Assembly (NCBI GenBank): GCA_038087875.1
Contig: CM075994.1
Span: 2,606,001-2,670,000, forward strand
Source of the DNA: Malacoraja senta
Lineage: Eukaryota
Reading direction: 5' to 3'
Length of the DNA stretch: 64,000 nucleotides
The notes beneath the pieces are model-generated. The model had not been told where the DNA came from. It was given only the letters and a program-made list of their open reading frames with translations, and did not search any database. A program made the translations under genes and the position numbers. Positions 1 through 11,131 of this stretch are shown in pieces (the stretch's first letter is position 1; the number at the start of each line of letters is the position of its first letter).

Positions 1-739
1 GTTAACTACATTATTATTCAAATCATTAGATAACAAACAACAATGGACCTAACACTGATCGCTGTGGCACACCACTGGTTAGAGGACTATCAGATTAACA
101 ACCCAATAACAACTACCCTGTGATTACTTTCTGAAGGGTCTTGACCTGAAACGTCACACATTCCTTCTCTCCAGAGATGCTGCCTGTCCTGCAGTTACTC
201 CAGCTTTTTTTGTCTATCTTCTATTCCTTCCTACAAGTCAATTTTGAATCAAAACAGCGAGCTCACCTTAAAATTCTATGTGATCTAACCTTCCAGAGCA
301 GCCTTGTTAAAGTCCATGTAGACAATGTCCACTCCTCTGCCCTCATAATTCCTCTTTGTAACTTCTTCAAAAAACTCTCCCAGATTCATGAGACATGACT
401 TCCCACACACAAAGCCATGTTGACTTTCTCTAATCAGTCCCCCTCCCTCCCCTGCCAACTTTCAATCTGAAGAAGGATCCCAACCTGAAGTTCTCCAGAG
501 ATGCTGCCTGACCCGCTGAGTTACTCCAGCACGTTATGTCTATCTCAGATCAGGCAGCATCAATGGAGAACATGGATTGGTGACATTTCAGATTTCGACT
601 GAGTTACTCTAGCACTTTGTGTCCTTACTTTCCTTCTGTCCTTTTTAGTTTAGTTCCCATTCCTTGCTTTCTGTACTGCGTCCTATTTTAAAAGATGAAC
701 ATTACATGCAGAAAATGCACAAAGTAAACACGGACGGTG

Positions 740-1260
740 GGGAAAATGCAAGTTCACGGAAGCCTCATCAACACCACGCTAATGTGAAGTTTTGTTCGCT
801 GTCGGCGCTTTGCAGGCGGGCACTCGCGTCCTGCCCGGCGCATAAGAACAGAGCTAAGAACAGCGGTGGAAAGGACCAAGAACTGGCTGGCGACGGACTG
901 AATGGCATGGCCCAGCCTGGCCCGGCCCTGCTGCCCAGACCTCGGGTCTCCAACACCACGCCTCACACACGGGCCGATCCAGTCGCCTGACCAAACGCTT
1001 GTGTGCGCGCGCCCCCAACCCGCGCTCGCTCGCTCGCTCCCGGGACGCTGCCCCCGACACTCACAGCTCCATGACAGCAGCGAATGTCCGGCCCCGCCAA
1101 CCGCCACCTCACAACCGCGCCCGCGCGTGACGTCAGGCGCGACGAGCCCGCGCTCGTCACCTGGCGGCGACAGCGCTTCAGGTGGACGGCTCGGCCCGGC
1201 CCGGCCCGGCCCTCAGGTAGGCAGGTGGTGCAGTGAGGCTGGTTGGTCGGAGCTAGTCAC
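740..1260. promoter_or_regulatory. CpG-island promoter with a perfect CRE palindrome (TGACGTCA, 1128-1135)
   Basis: GC/CpG-rich, non-repetitive stretch around the 1065-1072 exon; the CRE lies ~55 bp upstream of the ATG on the minus strand. Confidence 0.65.
1065..1072 (-). CDS. TMEM181: Probable proximal first coding exon of TMEM181 (ATG GAG CT, 'ME(L)'); gene continues left of the window
   Basis: Minus strand reads gctgtcATGGAGCT|gtgagt: strong Kozak, consensus donor, phase 2, inside a CpG island. It matches the short 'MEP-LAPMRLY' TMEM181 start as I recall it and has the same phase as the distal exon at 12108-12238. Confidence 0.6.
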
Positions 1261-1465
1261 TGTTACCGTCACTCCTATCTTTTATTAGCCAACTGTGAAC
1301 ATTACCCCATCACAAGCTAGAGAGCGGCCCTGACCTACCATCTACCTCATTGGAGACCCTTGGACTATCTTTAATTGGACTTTACTGGACTTTATCTTAC
1401 ACTAAACGTTAATCCCTTTATCCTGCATCTGTACGTTGTGCACAGGTGGATGGTAATCACGTATA

Positions 1466-2325
1466 GGGAGGTTTCACGGCAGTCGGGTCACGACCCCATG
1501 ACCCGTACTGTTGCTACGCTACGCCAAATGGATTATACGCGATGAACTGCAGGCAAGCACTTACCATTGTTTCCAGCGTAGCGGGCCCGTTAAAACCCGC
1601 CGAAATGGTCAATTTTTGCGCTGTAAATAATTATGGAAATCGGGATAAGCGTGAGAGACATTTAGCCAACTTCAGAATTCAAAAAGTGAGGAGAAATGAC
1701 GGTAGATTGAAGCGAGAGCTGAAAGGAACAACAACAGCCAGAGTGCTTGGCGAACATTGGCCGTTTGCTCACTGCATTTCATCAACTAAGGCATTATTTG
1801 TGTTTTTTCTTGATTCCTTTGGCATCTAAAAAGTTTCAGAAGGGATAATCGCCCCTGGTTCTCGTGGGTTTTTACATACAAAAATAAAACGCCTCTGAAG
1901 CAAAATTTACAACCAGATTTACCACTTCTGAGACTTTTTAGATACCAAAGAAATTTAAAAAAATAATAATAATACCGTTAATGAAATGCAGCGAACAAAC
2001 GCGATAAAACCCTACATTTTCAATTCCGACATCTGCACGGCCAAGCACTTTAGCTGCTGTTGTCCCTTCAGCTGTCGCTTCTCTTTACCTTCATTTCGCT
2101 TCACTTTTGGAATTCTGAAGTTGGGTACATGTCTCTCACACTTACCCCGACTTCCACAATGTTTTACAGCGAAAAAATTCAAAATTTTGGCGTTTTTTAA
2201 CAGGTAGGAAAGTACGCGTTTCTTGTATTAATAACATATACCGGAAGTGACGGATGTCTTCCAGTTGGATTGAGCGGCTCCGTGCGTCAAGTCCTATGAC
2301 CCGGTGACCTTACGTGCAACCCCCC
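1466..2325. mobile_element. Non-autonomous foldback/MITE-like DNA element with TATA target-site duplication
   Basis: Termini GGGAGGTTTCACG ... CGTGCAACCCCCC are flanked by TATA on both sides. Long imperfect inverted arms (~1586-1845 vs ~1925-2203). It interrupts a short repeat seen intact at ~28800-29030. Confidence 0.7.
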
Positions 2326-2727
2326 TATAGACAGACTACCCACTGACTGGATAGCATGAAACAAAAAGCGTTTCACTGTACCTGGGTACACATGACAATA
2401 AACTAAACTAAACTCACCTATCCATGTTCTCCAGAGATGCCGCCTGACCTGCTGAGTTACTCCAGCACTTTGTGTCGTTTTCTTTTGTTAACCAGCATCT
2501 CTGCAGTCCCTTGTTCAGCAAAAATCTCTGTCAGGGCCCTGGCTATCTCCTCCTGCCTTGCTTCCCATAGCAACCTGGAATAGATCTCAACTACCCCAGG
2601 GGATTGATCAACCCCCTTAATGACATCTGATTTTTTTCACTCTCAAATCTGATTTACTCCAGACCTCTCCCTGAACTCACTATCTTCCACATCCTTTCAT
2701 GAAAACAGATGAGGTCTTTGATGAGGC

Positions 2728-4370
2728 GTCTCCCCACTGCCCTTCTGAAGGATGTCATTGCAATAGCCGGTCCCAGCATCCTCGCTATCATCAACAGTTC
2801 TCTGGCCACTGGCACTGTTCCAACCTGCTTCAAGCACGCAGAAGTCCAGCCCCTCTTGAAAAAACCTAACCTAGACCCCACCTTGCCTAGCAACTACAGA
2901 CTTATTTCCAAACTGCCTTTCCTTTCAAAAATCCTTGAAAATGTAATTTTAAATCAACTAATGCCTTATCTACACCAAAATACCATCCTGGAAATTTTCC
3001 AATCAGGTTTCAGGGCCCACCGCAGCACAGAGTCTGCCTTGTTGAAGTTACATAACGACCTGCCTCTCACCATTGACTCGGGCGACTGCAATCCTGCTCC
3101 TTCTCGACCTCAACGCAACATTTGATACACTGGACCACACCATCCTAATTGACCGTCTCCGGTACGGGGTTGGTATTGATGGCACTGCCCTGAGCTGGTT
3201 CGTCTCCTACCTCAAAGATAGGAGTTTCTGTACAAACATAGGCAACTCTTTCTCCTCCCCAGCTAGCCTTTGCTGCGGGGTTCCACAAGGCTCCATCCTA
3301 GGTCCCATTCTCTTCTCCCTGTATATGCTACCCTTAGGCCAAGTCATTCAAAGGCACGGCATTTCCTTCCACTGCTATGCAGACGATACACAGCTCTATC
3401 TTCCCCTGAAACCCAACAACCGATCAAATCTACTCAGCCTTATGCACTGCCTCGAGGATATAAAGTGTTGGATGGCCCAGAACTTCCTCTAACTAAACGA
3501 GAGCAAGTCTGAGGTCATCCTACTCGGCCCCTCGGACTCCATCAAATTGATAGCAGGCAGCCTTGGAAGCCTTACCCCCTTACTCAAACCTCACATCAAA
3601 AACCTTGGCGTGATATTTGACTCCGCGTTGAAGTTTGACAAACAAGTCAATGCCGTGGTAAAAGCTAGCTTCTTCCAGCTTTGCACGATAGCTAAAATAA
3701 AACAATTCCTCCAATTTGACGACTTGGAAAATATCATCCACTCATTTATCTCCTCCCGCCTTGATTACTGCAACTCCCTTTACACTGGCATCAGCCAATC
3801 ATCCCTGTCCCGCCTGCAATTGGTCCAAAACGCCACAGCGAGGCTTCTGACGGGCACCCGAAAAAGGGACCACATCACCCCGATTCTGGCCTCTCTCCAC
3901 TGGCTCCCAGAGCGGTTCAGAATCAATTTCAAGCTCCTCCTTTATGTATACAAAGCCCTTAACGGGCTTGCCCCCACCTACATCAGAAATCTGCCAACCA
4001 ACCATACTACCTCCAGGTCCCTCAGGTCAGCCGACTTGGGATTACTGACCATCCCGCGGTCCAGGCACAAGCTCTGGGTCGACAGCGCTTTTGCGGTTGC
4101 AGCACCTAGAGTTTGGAACAGCATCACTCTTCCCATCAGAACTGTCCCCTCCATCAACTCTTTTAAGTCTAGACTTAAAACATATTTTTACTCACAAGCA
4201 TTTCTTGAAGTCCTCTGAGGGAGTGCTGTATGTATGTATTTATGTATGTATTGTTGGATCTATGTACCACTGTTTGTAGAACGTTAGTACCTGCACTGAT
4301 GTAAAGCACTTTGGTCAATGAGAGTTGTTTTTAAATGTGCTATAAAAATAAAATTGACTTGACTTGACTT
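2728..4370 (+). mobile_element. 5'-truncated L2-clade LINE (degenerate RT ORF2)
   Basis: Frameshifted ORFs 2709-3125, 3073-3492 and 3547-4218 carry [18 protein letters not shown] and RLDYCNSL motifs; L2-type 3' end with (TTGAC)n tail. Confidence 0.9.
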
Positions 4371-5180
4371 TAGTGGCAGCGGATCGACTGCAGTCTGTCT
4401 GTCTTTTCTTTCTTTTTGTCCTGTTAGGTGTATGTTTTTGGTTTTAGTTTTACTTTATTTGTAGCTGTGTATATGTGGGCGGGGGGGAGGGGGGGGGGGG
4501 ACTTTTTAATCTCTTCCCTGAACTGGGACGCGACCTTTTCCTTGTCAAGTCTCCGTTGTCGTTGGGGCCTAACATCGTGGAGATGGCGGCATCCAACCGG
4601 AATCGACCTGGGGCTCCAGTCGCAGAGCCTGCGGACTCACCATCGTGGAGCTGGCTGACTTCGGAGCACGGAGCGCTGTGGTGGCGCGCGGCTGCGACCT
4701 GACTTCGGAACTTCGGAAGCTTCGACTGCAGGCCCTGTGGACGGTAACATCGGGAGCTCGTAGGTCCCTGGTGGGAGCGCTTTTCAGGAGCTCCCGCAAC
4801 GGCAACTTCGCCCGCCCGAATCGAGGGGTTTAAATCGACCCGGAGCAGGGCCTTACATCGCCCAGCGCGGCTTAAACGGCCGCGGGACTTACCATCGCCC
4901 GCCGGGGGCTCTAACATCAAGAGCCTCGATCAGCTCGATGCAGCAGTTTGACTGCGGGAGAAGAATAAAGAACAGAGAACAGGGAAGAGATAAGACTATT
5001 GCCTTCCATCACCGTGAGGAGGTGTTTGGAGATTCACTGTGATGGATGTTTGTGTGGAATTGTGTTAATTGTGTGTTTTGTTTTTTTGCTGTTATGACTG
5101 CAGGAACAAAATTTTGTTTTGTTTGAACCTTGTATGTTTAAATGACAATAAATGGCATTCTATTCTATTCGCTATTCTAT
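4371..5180 (+). mobile_element. GC-rich non-coding dispersed repeat, probably a non-autonomous retroelement (copy 1 of 3)
   Basis: Shares the 3' block 'ctgtg(a/g)tggatgttt(g/a)tgt' with copies at 45120-47040 (-) and 49615-50360 (+); ends in gacaataaa plus an (ATTCT)n tail. Confidence 0.55.
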
Positions 5181-6040
5181 TTAGCATCTATTTACCACTC
5201 TTTTCCTAGTTACCATCTTGCTCCCGATATACTTATAGAATGTCCTTGATCCCAGTTGCCTATACCTGTCATATGATTCCTTTTCATAGGCTGTGGGCCG
5301 AGCATCAAAAATGTGTCTAGAAATCAACTTTCTAGACCCATGTCTCGGAACTACATGAAATTTTGCACAGATTTAGATAAAATATAATTGAGAAGGAAGT
5401 CATAACTTGTCAGTGCCAAAAGTTGCACATTAATTAATTAAACTAATTAGAAAATGAGATCAAAAAAGTAAGTGCCATCTAGTGTCCAAAGCCCATATTA
5501 CACCATGGGGAGCCAATTTCCGTGTTGCAGTCAATTTAAACTATAATTACACCATCTATATATTATATATATATAACGTGAATATGACTGTAATCATATA
5601 TAATTATGTATAATAATATAATTGTGTGTTTTTTTAATGAGACTGCCGCAGAGGTACGGCTCCTGAACCAGCCTAATTAATGGGTGAGGGCAGTTCTTCT
5701 GGGTTCCCCCAGTGTGCAGAGTGGGGACAAGGCATAGTGGGACTGGGGCAATGCCAGGCTGGGGGAAGGCTAAGGCATCTTCCACTGAGGAAAATGCCTA
5801 ACCCTATAGTAACCCTAACTCGCCCCCCTTCCAGAGCTGCCCACGGCTGGAGCCGCTTTGGGACCGGCTGCAGGCTCCGCACGTGTGGCCGCTCAGCGAG
5901 TCCACCTCGGCCAGCATGCCCTTCTGGATCATCGTGGTGATGATGGTGGGGAGCAGCACTGCCTTACACGCCGCCTGGACTGCCTTCAGCACCCCCATAC
6001 CGCCTGCTCCGTCTGTCCGCCCGCTCGCTCGCTGCAACAC

Positions 6041-6620
6041 TGGCCGGCCGACAGCCCGACCAACCTCTCGCAACACTCATCGGCCGACCGACCCCTCGCA
6101 GCACCCACTGACCTACCAACTGCCCGACCGACCCTTCGCAGCCACAGGCCTACCGAAAGCCCGACCGACCCCTCGCAGCACTCATCGGCCTACCAACTGC
6201 CCGACCGACCCCTCGCAGCACTCACCGGCCTACCAACTGCCTGAGCGACCCGTCGCAGCATTCATAGGCCTACCGACAGCCTGACCGACCCCTCGCAGCA
6301 TCCACTGGTGGGCCGACAGCCCGATCGACCCCTGGCAGCACTTACCGGCCTTCCGACGGCCCGACCGACCCCTCGCAGCACTCACCGGCCTACCAACTAG
6401 CCGACCGACCCCTTGCAGCATCCACTAGCGAGCCGACAGCCCGACTGACCCCTCGCAGCACTCACAGGCCTACCAATTGACCGACCGACACCTCGCAGCA
6501 CTTACCGGCCTTCCGACAGCCCGACCGACCCTTCGCAGCACTCACCAGCCGTCCGACCACTCTCACCATCCACCAGCGGACCGACAGCCCGACCGATCCT
6601 CCACAGCATGCATCGGCCGA
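6041..6620. repeat. 40-bp GC-rich minisatellite (~14 units) inside the TIR element
   Basis: Unit ~CCGACCGACCCCTCGCAGCACTCACCGGCCTACCGACAGC recurs with period 40 (e.g. 6161, 6201, 6361). Confidence 0.9.
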
Positions 6621-6621
6621 C

Positions 6622-6700
6622 TGACCCTGACCCTAACCCTAACCCTGACCCTGACCCTAACCCTGACCCTAACCCTAACCCTAACTCTAATCCTAAACCT
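6622..6700. repeat. Interstitial telomere-like (CCCTAA/CCCTGA)n tract
   Basis: About a dozen hexamers: CCCTAA, CCCTGA and degenerate variants. Confidence 0.85.
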
Positions 6701-7631
6701 AGCTGTACATTTGTTATTTATCATTTTTATTTAACAGTTTATTTAACAGTTTATTTTATCATAACTTTATAAAGATAAATCAATTGAAAAACAAAATTAT
6801 CAACAAGGTTAGCATTACCTTTATCCTTGGAAACCTTGTTATTGCTATTGATGTAATGAGGAGGCAGCCATGATCCCAGAGTCCTCGCTGCCTAGCGACC
6901 ATAAATCAAAGCGCGGGATTGGTCAATCTGCGCCTGACCTCAATGTCAAACGTGCATTGATTGGACAATTATTACTCGGAAAATTGGACGTTTTTGTCAT
7001 ATTTAAACAAAATGTGCAGGTTTTATTCTTGACGAGTTTCAGGTATGATTTATATAATATTTTTGCACAATATGTTAAAAATTCAGATAGTTCCGTGAGT
7101 TGAGTCACGAACCTGAACGAAAAATCTCCTCGGCCCGCAGCCTATCATAGACACACAATGTTGGAGTAACTCAGTGGGTCAGGCCACATCTCTGGAGAAA
7201 TGGAATAGGTGACGTTTTGGGTCGGAATCATTCTTAAGACTGAAAGATAGAAAAGGCCAGAGCAAATCTATCTTTCAGTCTGAAGAAGGGTTCCGACCCA
7301 AAACGTCACCTATTCCTTTTCTCCAAAAATGCTGCCTGACCCGCTGAGTTACTCCAGCATTTTGTATCTATCTTCGGTATAAATCACCATCAGCAGTTTC
7401 TTCCTCTACATATAATTCCTTTTATTCCCTTGATCAAACCTTCATTCACCAGTGTCATCTAACGTTCCCTAATCATATCATCCTTGCCTTTCACACTTCT
7501 CAAATGTGCTGGCCCCAAACTCTTGCTGATTCTCTTTGAAATATTTGCACGTCAACTGTCTTTTTATCCACAAACATCTTCTCTCAATCTACCTCTGCAA
7601 GGTCCTCTTGTGCTTTTGAAATTGGCCTTCT

Positions 7632-8693
7632 CCCAATTTAGGACCTTAACTCATCGACCAACCTTAATCCTTTCCAAAACTACCTTGAAATTTTCAGAAT
7701 TATGGTCACTGTTTCCAAAGATGTGGACTGTGAGCATTCACTTTATCTGTGCCCCTCATGATCTTATACACCTCAGTAAGGTCACCCCTCAGCCTCCTAT
7801 GCTCCAAAGAGAAAAGTCCCAGCCTATCCAACCTCTCTCTATAACTCAAGCCCTCAAGTTCAGGTCCGATCCTGTTGAATCTCCTCAGCACCTTTCCAAA
7901 TTAATGATCCTTAATGATCTGCCTCATGAGGCAGAGATAGTCTTGTGGACCATTCTGCCTCGTGTGACATCCAGATCTCCATTAAGATAGGACCAGCTGC
8001 AGGGCTGCAAGAAACTAGGTGCAGTAATGGAGAAATTGGTTGGGAGTGGTGGTGAATGTGCAGCCTGAGCAGATGCAGAACATTACATATTTTAAACACA
8101 TTTACTCTTGTATAAAACTTAAATGAACATTTAGAGTCATTGAGTGATACAGCGTGGAAACAGGTCCTTCGCCCAATTTAGGACCTTAACTCATCGACCA
8201 ACCTTAATCCTTTCCAAAACTACCTTGAAATTTTCAGAATTATGGTCACTGTTTCCAAAGATGTGGACTGTGAGCATTCACTTTATCTGTGCCCCTCATG
8301 ATCTTATACACCTCAGTAAGGTCACCCCTCAGCCTCCTATGCTCCAAAGAGAAAAGTCCCAGCCTATCCAACCTCTCTCTATAACTCAAGCCCTCAAGTT
8401 CAGGTCCGATCCTGTTGAATCTCCTCAGCACCTTTCCAAATTAATGATCCTTAATGATCTGCCTCATGAGGCAGAGATAGTCTTGTGGACCATTCTGCCT
8501 CGTGTGACATCCAGATCTCCATTAAGATAGGACCAGCTGCAGGGCTGCAAGAAACTAGGTGCAGTAATGGAGAAATTGGTTGGGAGTGGTGGTGAATGTG
8601 CAGCCTGAGCAGATGCAGAACATTACATATTTTAAACTTAAATGAACATTTAGAGTCATTGAGTGATACAGCGTGGAAACAGGTCCTTCGCCC
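7632..8693. repeat. Near-identical ~540-bp tandem duplication containing a CR1 fragment
   Basis: 7632-8097 matches 8172-8637; duplicated ORFs 7706-7891 and 8246-8431 translate identically. Confidence 0.95.
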
Positions 8694-9226
8694 CAACTTG
8701 CCCACACTGGCCAACGTGTCCCAGCTACATTAGTCCCACTTGCCCACATTTGGTCCATATCTCTCCAAACCTGTCATATCCATGTACTTGTCTAACTGAT
8801 TCTTAAGCGTTGGGATAGTCCCCAGCCTCACCAACATCCTCTGGCAGCTTGTTCTATACACCCGCCTCCCTTTGTGTGAAAAAGTTACCCCTCAGATTCC
8901 TATTAAATCTTTTCCCCCTTCACCTTAAACCTATGTCCTCTGTAGGAATGATTTGAAGTCACATCATTCCTCAGCTGCCAAGATTTAACTAAGATCTGTT
9001 TAATCGGAGCTAGCATGAGGCATTGCATTTTGGAGGTACAGGTTAACAGTATTGCGGGATCTTGGGGTCCAAATAAAGCTCAGTAAGTCTTGTTGAGCTT
9101 TATAGGACTTTGGTAAGGCTGCATTTGCAGTATTGTGTGCAGTTCTAGTCTCCCCATCAAAGGATGTGTTGGCTATGGAGAGGGTGCAGTAGAGGTTTAC
9201 CAGAAGACTGCCTGGATTAGAGAGTA

Positions 9227-10220
9227 TCTCTATAATTATAAAATTCTGATCTTGGATGCTCAAGTGTATTTGTGTGATGCTCATGTGTGTTTCACATCTC
9301 CTCAAAAACACGACGCGCTAATGGTGAAATTTTTACATATTCTGATAGAGATTTACGCCGTGAAGTAAAAAAGCGCCTTATCTGAAATTTTCATGCATTA
9401 TTTCTCGAGATTTATGAAATGTTCAAAAATTTCAAATAATTTAGAAAATACACGAGCTGATGACGTCACAATGGGTCTGCTCGCGCAGCCTGCTGCGCAA
9501 TGTTTTCCACGCGCTGCAAGTAACATCCCCCCCCCTCCCCCGAGCTCACAGTCAATTGGTCGCTGCTCACCATGGGCCCACCGCAAGCCCGCTCGCCCGC
9601 TCGGCTCCCCCTCCTCCTCTCTCCCCCTCTCCCCTCCTCTCCCCCCCCCCCTCCTCCTCTCACCCTCCCTCCCTCTCTCCCCCCCCCCCTCCTCCTCTCC
9701 CCCCTCCTCTCTCACCCTCCTCTCTCCCCTCTACTCTCTCTCCACCCTCTCCATGCCCCCTCTCACCCTCTACCCCCCCACCCACCCCTCTCTCCCCTCT
9801 CCTCTCTCTCTCCTCTTCCCCCCCTCCATCTCCCTCCCCCTCCCTTTCCCTCCTCCCCACTTCTCCCTCCCCCTCCTCTCTCCCGCCTCCTCTCTCCCCT
9901 CTACTCTCTCTCCCCCTCCATCACCCCTCCCCCTCCCACCCGCTAACCCCCTCTCTCACCCCCTCCTATCTCTCCCCCCTCCCCCTCTCTCTCTCTACCT
10001 CCTTCCCCCCTCTCTCCCCCCTCCTCTCTCTCCCCCCATACCCCACCTCCACCCTCTCCCCTCCACCTCCCTCCCCCTCCCTTCCCCCCCCTCTCCCCAC
10101 CCTCCCCCCCTCCCCCGTGTGTGTGGGGGGTGGTTAGTGTGTGTGTGACGCCGCAGGCCGCCCCCCCTCCCGCAACTGCACGTTGAGGGGACGGGACTCA
10201 ACGGGTCACACTTGGTCTAG
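9227..10220 (+). mobile_element. Non-autonomous Helitron, copy 1
   Basis: Starts TC, ends hairpin (GGGACTCAACGGGTCAC) + ACTTGGTCTAG; inserted between host A and T with no TSD. The empty site 'gagtattagctata' is visible in another CR1 copy at ~54118. Confidence 0.85.
9605..10115. repeat. Polypyrimidine (C/T) low-complexity tract within the Helitron
   Basis: ~500 bp of almost only C and T; source of the spurious Pro/Leu/Ser ORFs. Confidence 0.95.
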
Positions 10221-10274
10221 TTAGCTATAAAGGTAGATTGGACAAACATGAATTGTTTTCTCTGGAGCCTCAGT

Positions 10275-10280
<6 letters not shown>

Positions 10281-10313
<33 letters not shown>

Positions 10314-11131
10314 ATTTATTTTGTATAGCGCTTTTCAAGGACTCAAAGTCGCTTTACATGGAGAGTAAAGAACAAAACAAAATAGAGCAGTAAGACAGAG
10401 ATGCAAAGGGGAGGGGGACATGGGACTAAGGGTATGCAGAGGTGAAGAGATGGGTCTTGAGGCGGGACTGGAGGATGGTGAGGGACTCAGAATTTCGGAT
10501 CAATTGTGGGAGGGAGTTCCAGAGCCTGGGAGCTGCCCTGGAGAAGGCTCTGTCTCCAAAAGTGCAGAGGTTGGATTTCGGAATGGAGAGGAGACCGGCT
10601 GATGTGGATCTGAGGGACCGTGAGGGTGGTAGGGGGAGAGGAGGTCAGTGAGATAAGGGGTGGCCAAGTGGTTGAGGGCTTTGTAGGTGAGGACCAGGAT
10701 TTTGTAGATGATCCGGTGGGAAATGGGAAGCCAGTGAAGTTCTTTGAGAACTGGGGTGATGTGGTGCCAGGATTTGGTGTGGGTGATGAGTCGGGTGGCT
10801 GCATTCTGGACCAGTTGGAGTCGGTTGATATTGCTGGAATTAATGCCAAAGAGAAGAGAGTTACAGTAGTCCAGTCGGGAGGAGATGAAGGCATGGATGA
10901 GTCTTTCAGTGTGAGAGAGGGTCTGATTTTGGCAATGTTGCGGAGGTGAAAAAAATGATGTTTTGACAACATGGCGGATGTGAGGCTCAAGGGAGAGGGT
11001 TGAGTCAAAGATCACGCCAAGGTTGCGGGCCTGAGGAGATGGGGAGACAGTGGTGCCGTCAATAGTGAGAGTGGGGTTGTTAATTTTGGTAAGTGTTGAT
11101 TTGGAGCCAATGAGGAGAAATTCTGTTTTGT
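10281..11131 (-). mobile_element. 5'-truncated L2-clade LINE fragment
   Basis: ORF 10500-11015 has LIHAFISSRLDYCNSLL...HHITPVLKELHWLP; (TTA)n tail; TAGTTAA on both flanks (10274-10280, 11132-11138). Confidence 0.85.

Larger units (their letters stand above)
5287..7144. mobile_element. Non-autonomous TIR DNA transposon with TAG...CTA termini and 3-bp TSD (Academ-like), copy 1
   Basis: TIR TAGGCTGTGGGCCGAG (5287-5302) vs CTCGGCCCGCAGCCTA (7129-7144), 15/16 match; TCA on both flanks; second copy at 26334-27363. Confidence 0.75.

Noticed and set aside
664..1288. Multiple overlapping 60-128 aa ORFs
   Set aside because: GC-rich island with no recognisable protein; better explained as promoter, short exon and intron.
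6041..6620. Regularly spaced repeats resembling a CRISPR array
   Set aside because: Units are contiguous 40-bp tandem repeats with no unique spacers, in vertebrate DNA with no cas genes.
6477..6734. ORF with an (LT)n repeat and hydrophobic tail
   Set aside because: Translation of the CCCTAA/CCCTGA hexamer tract.
9393..10201. Long Pro/Leu/Ser- or Gly/Glu/Arg-rich ORFs (up to 251 aa)
   Set aside because: Artefacts of the C/T low-complexity tract inside a Helitron.
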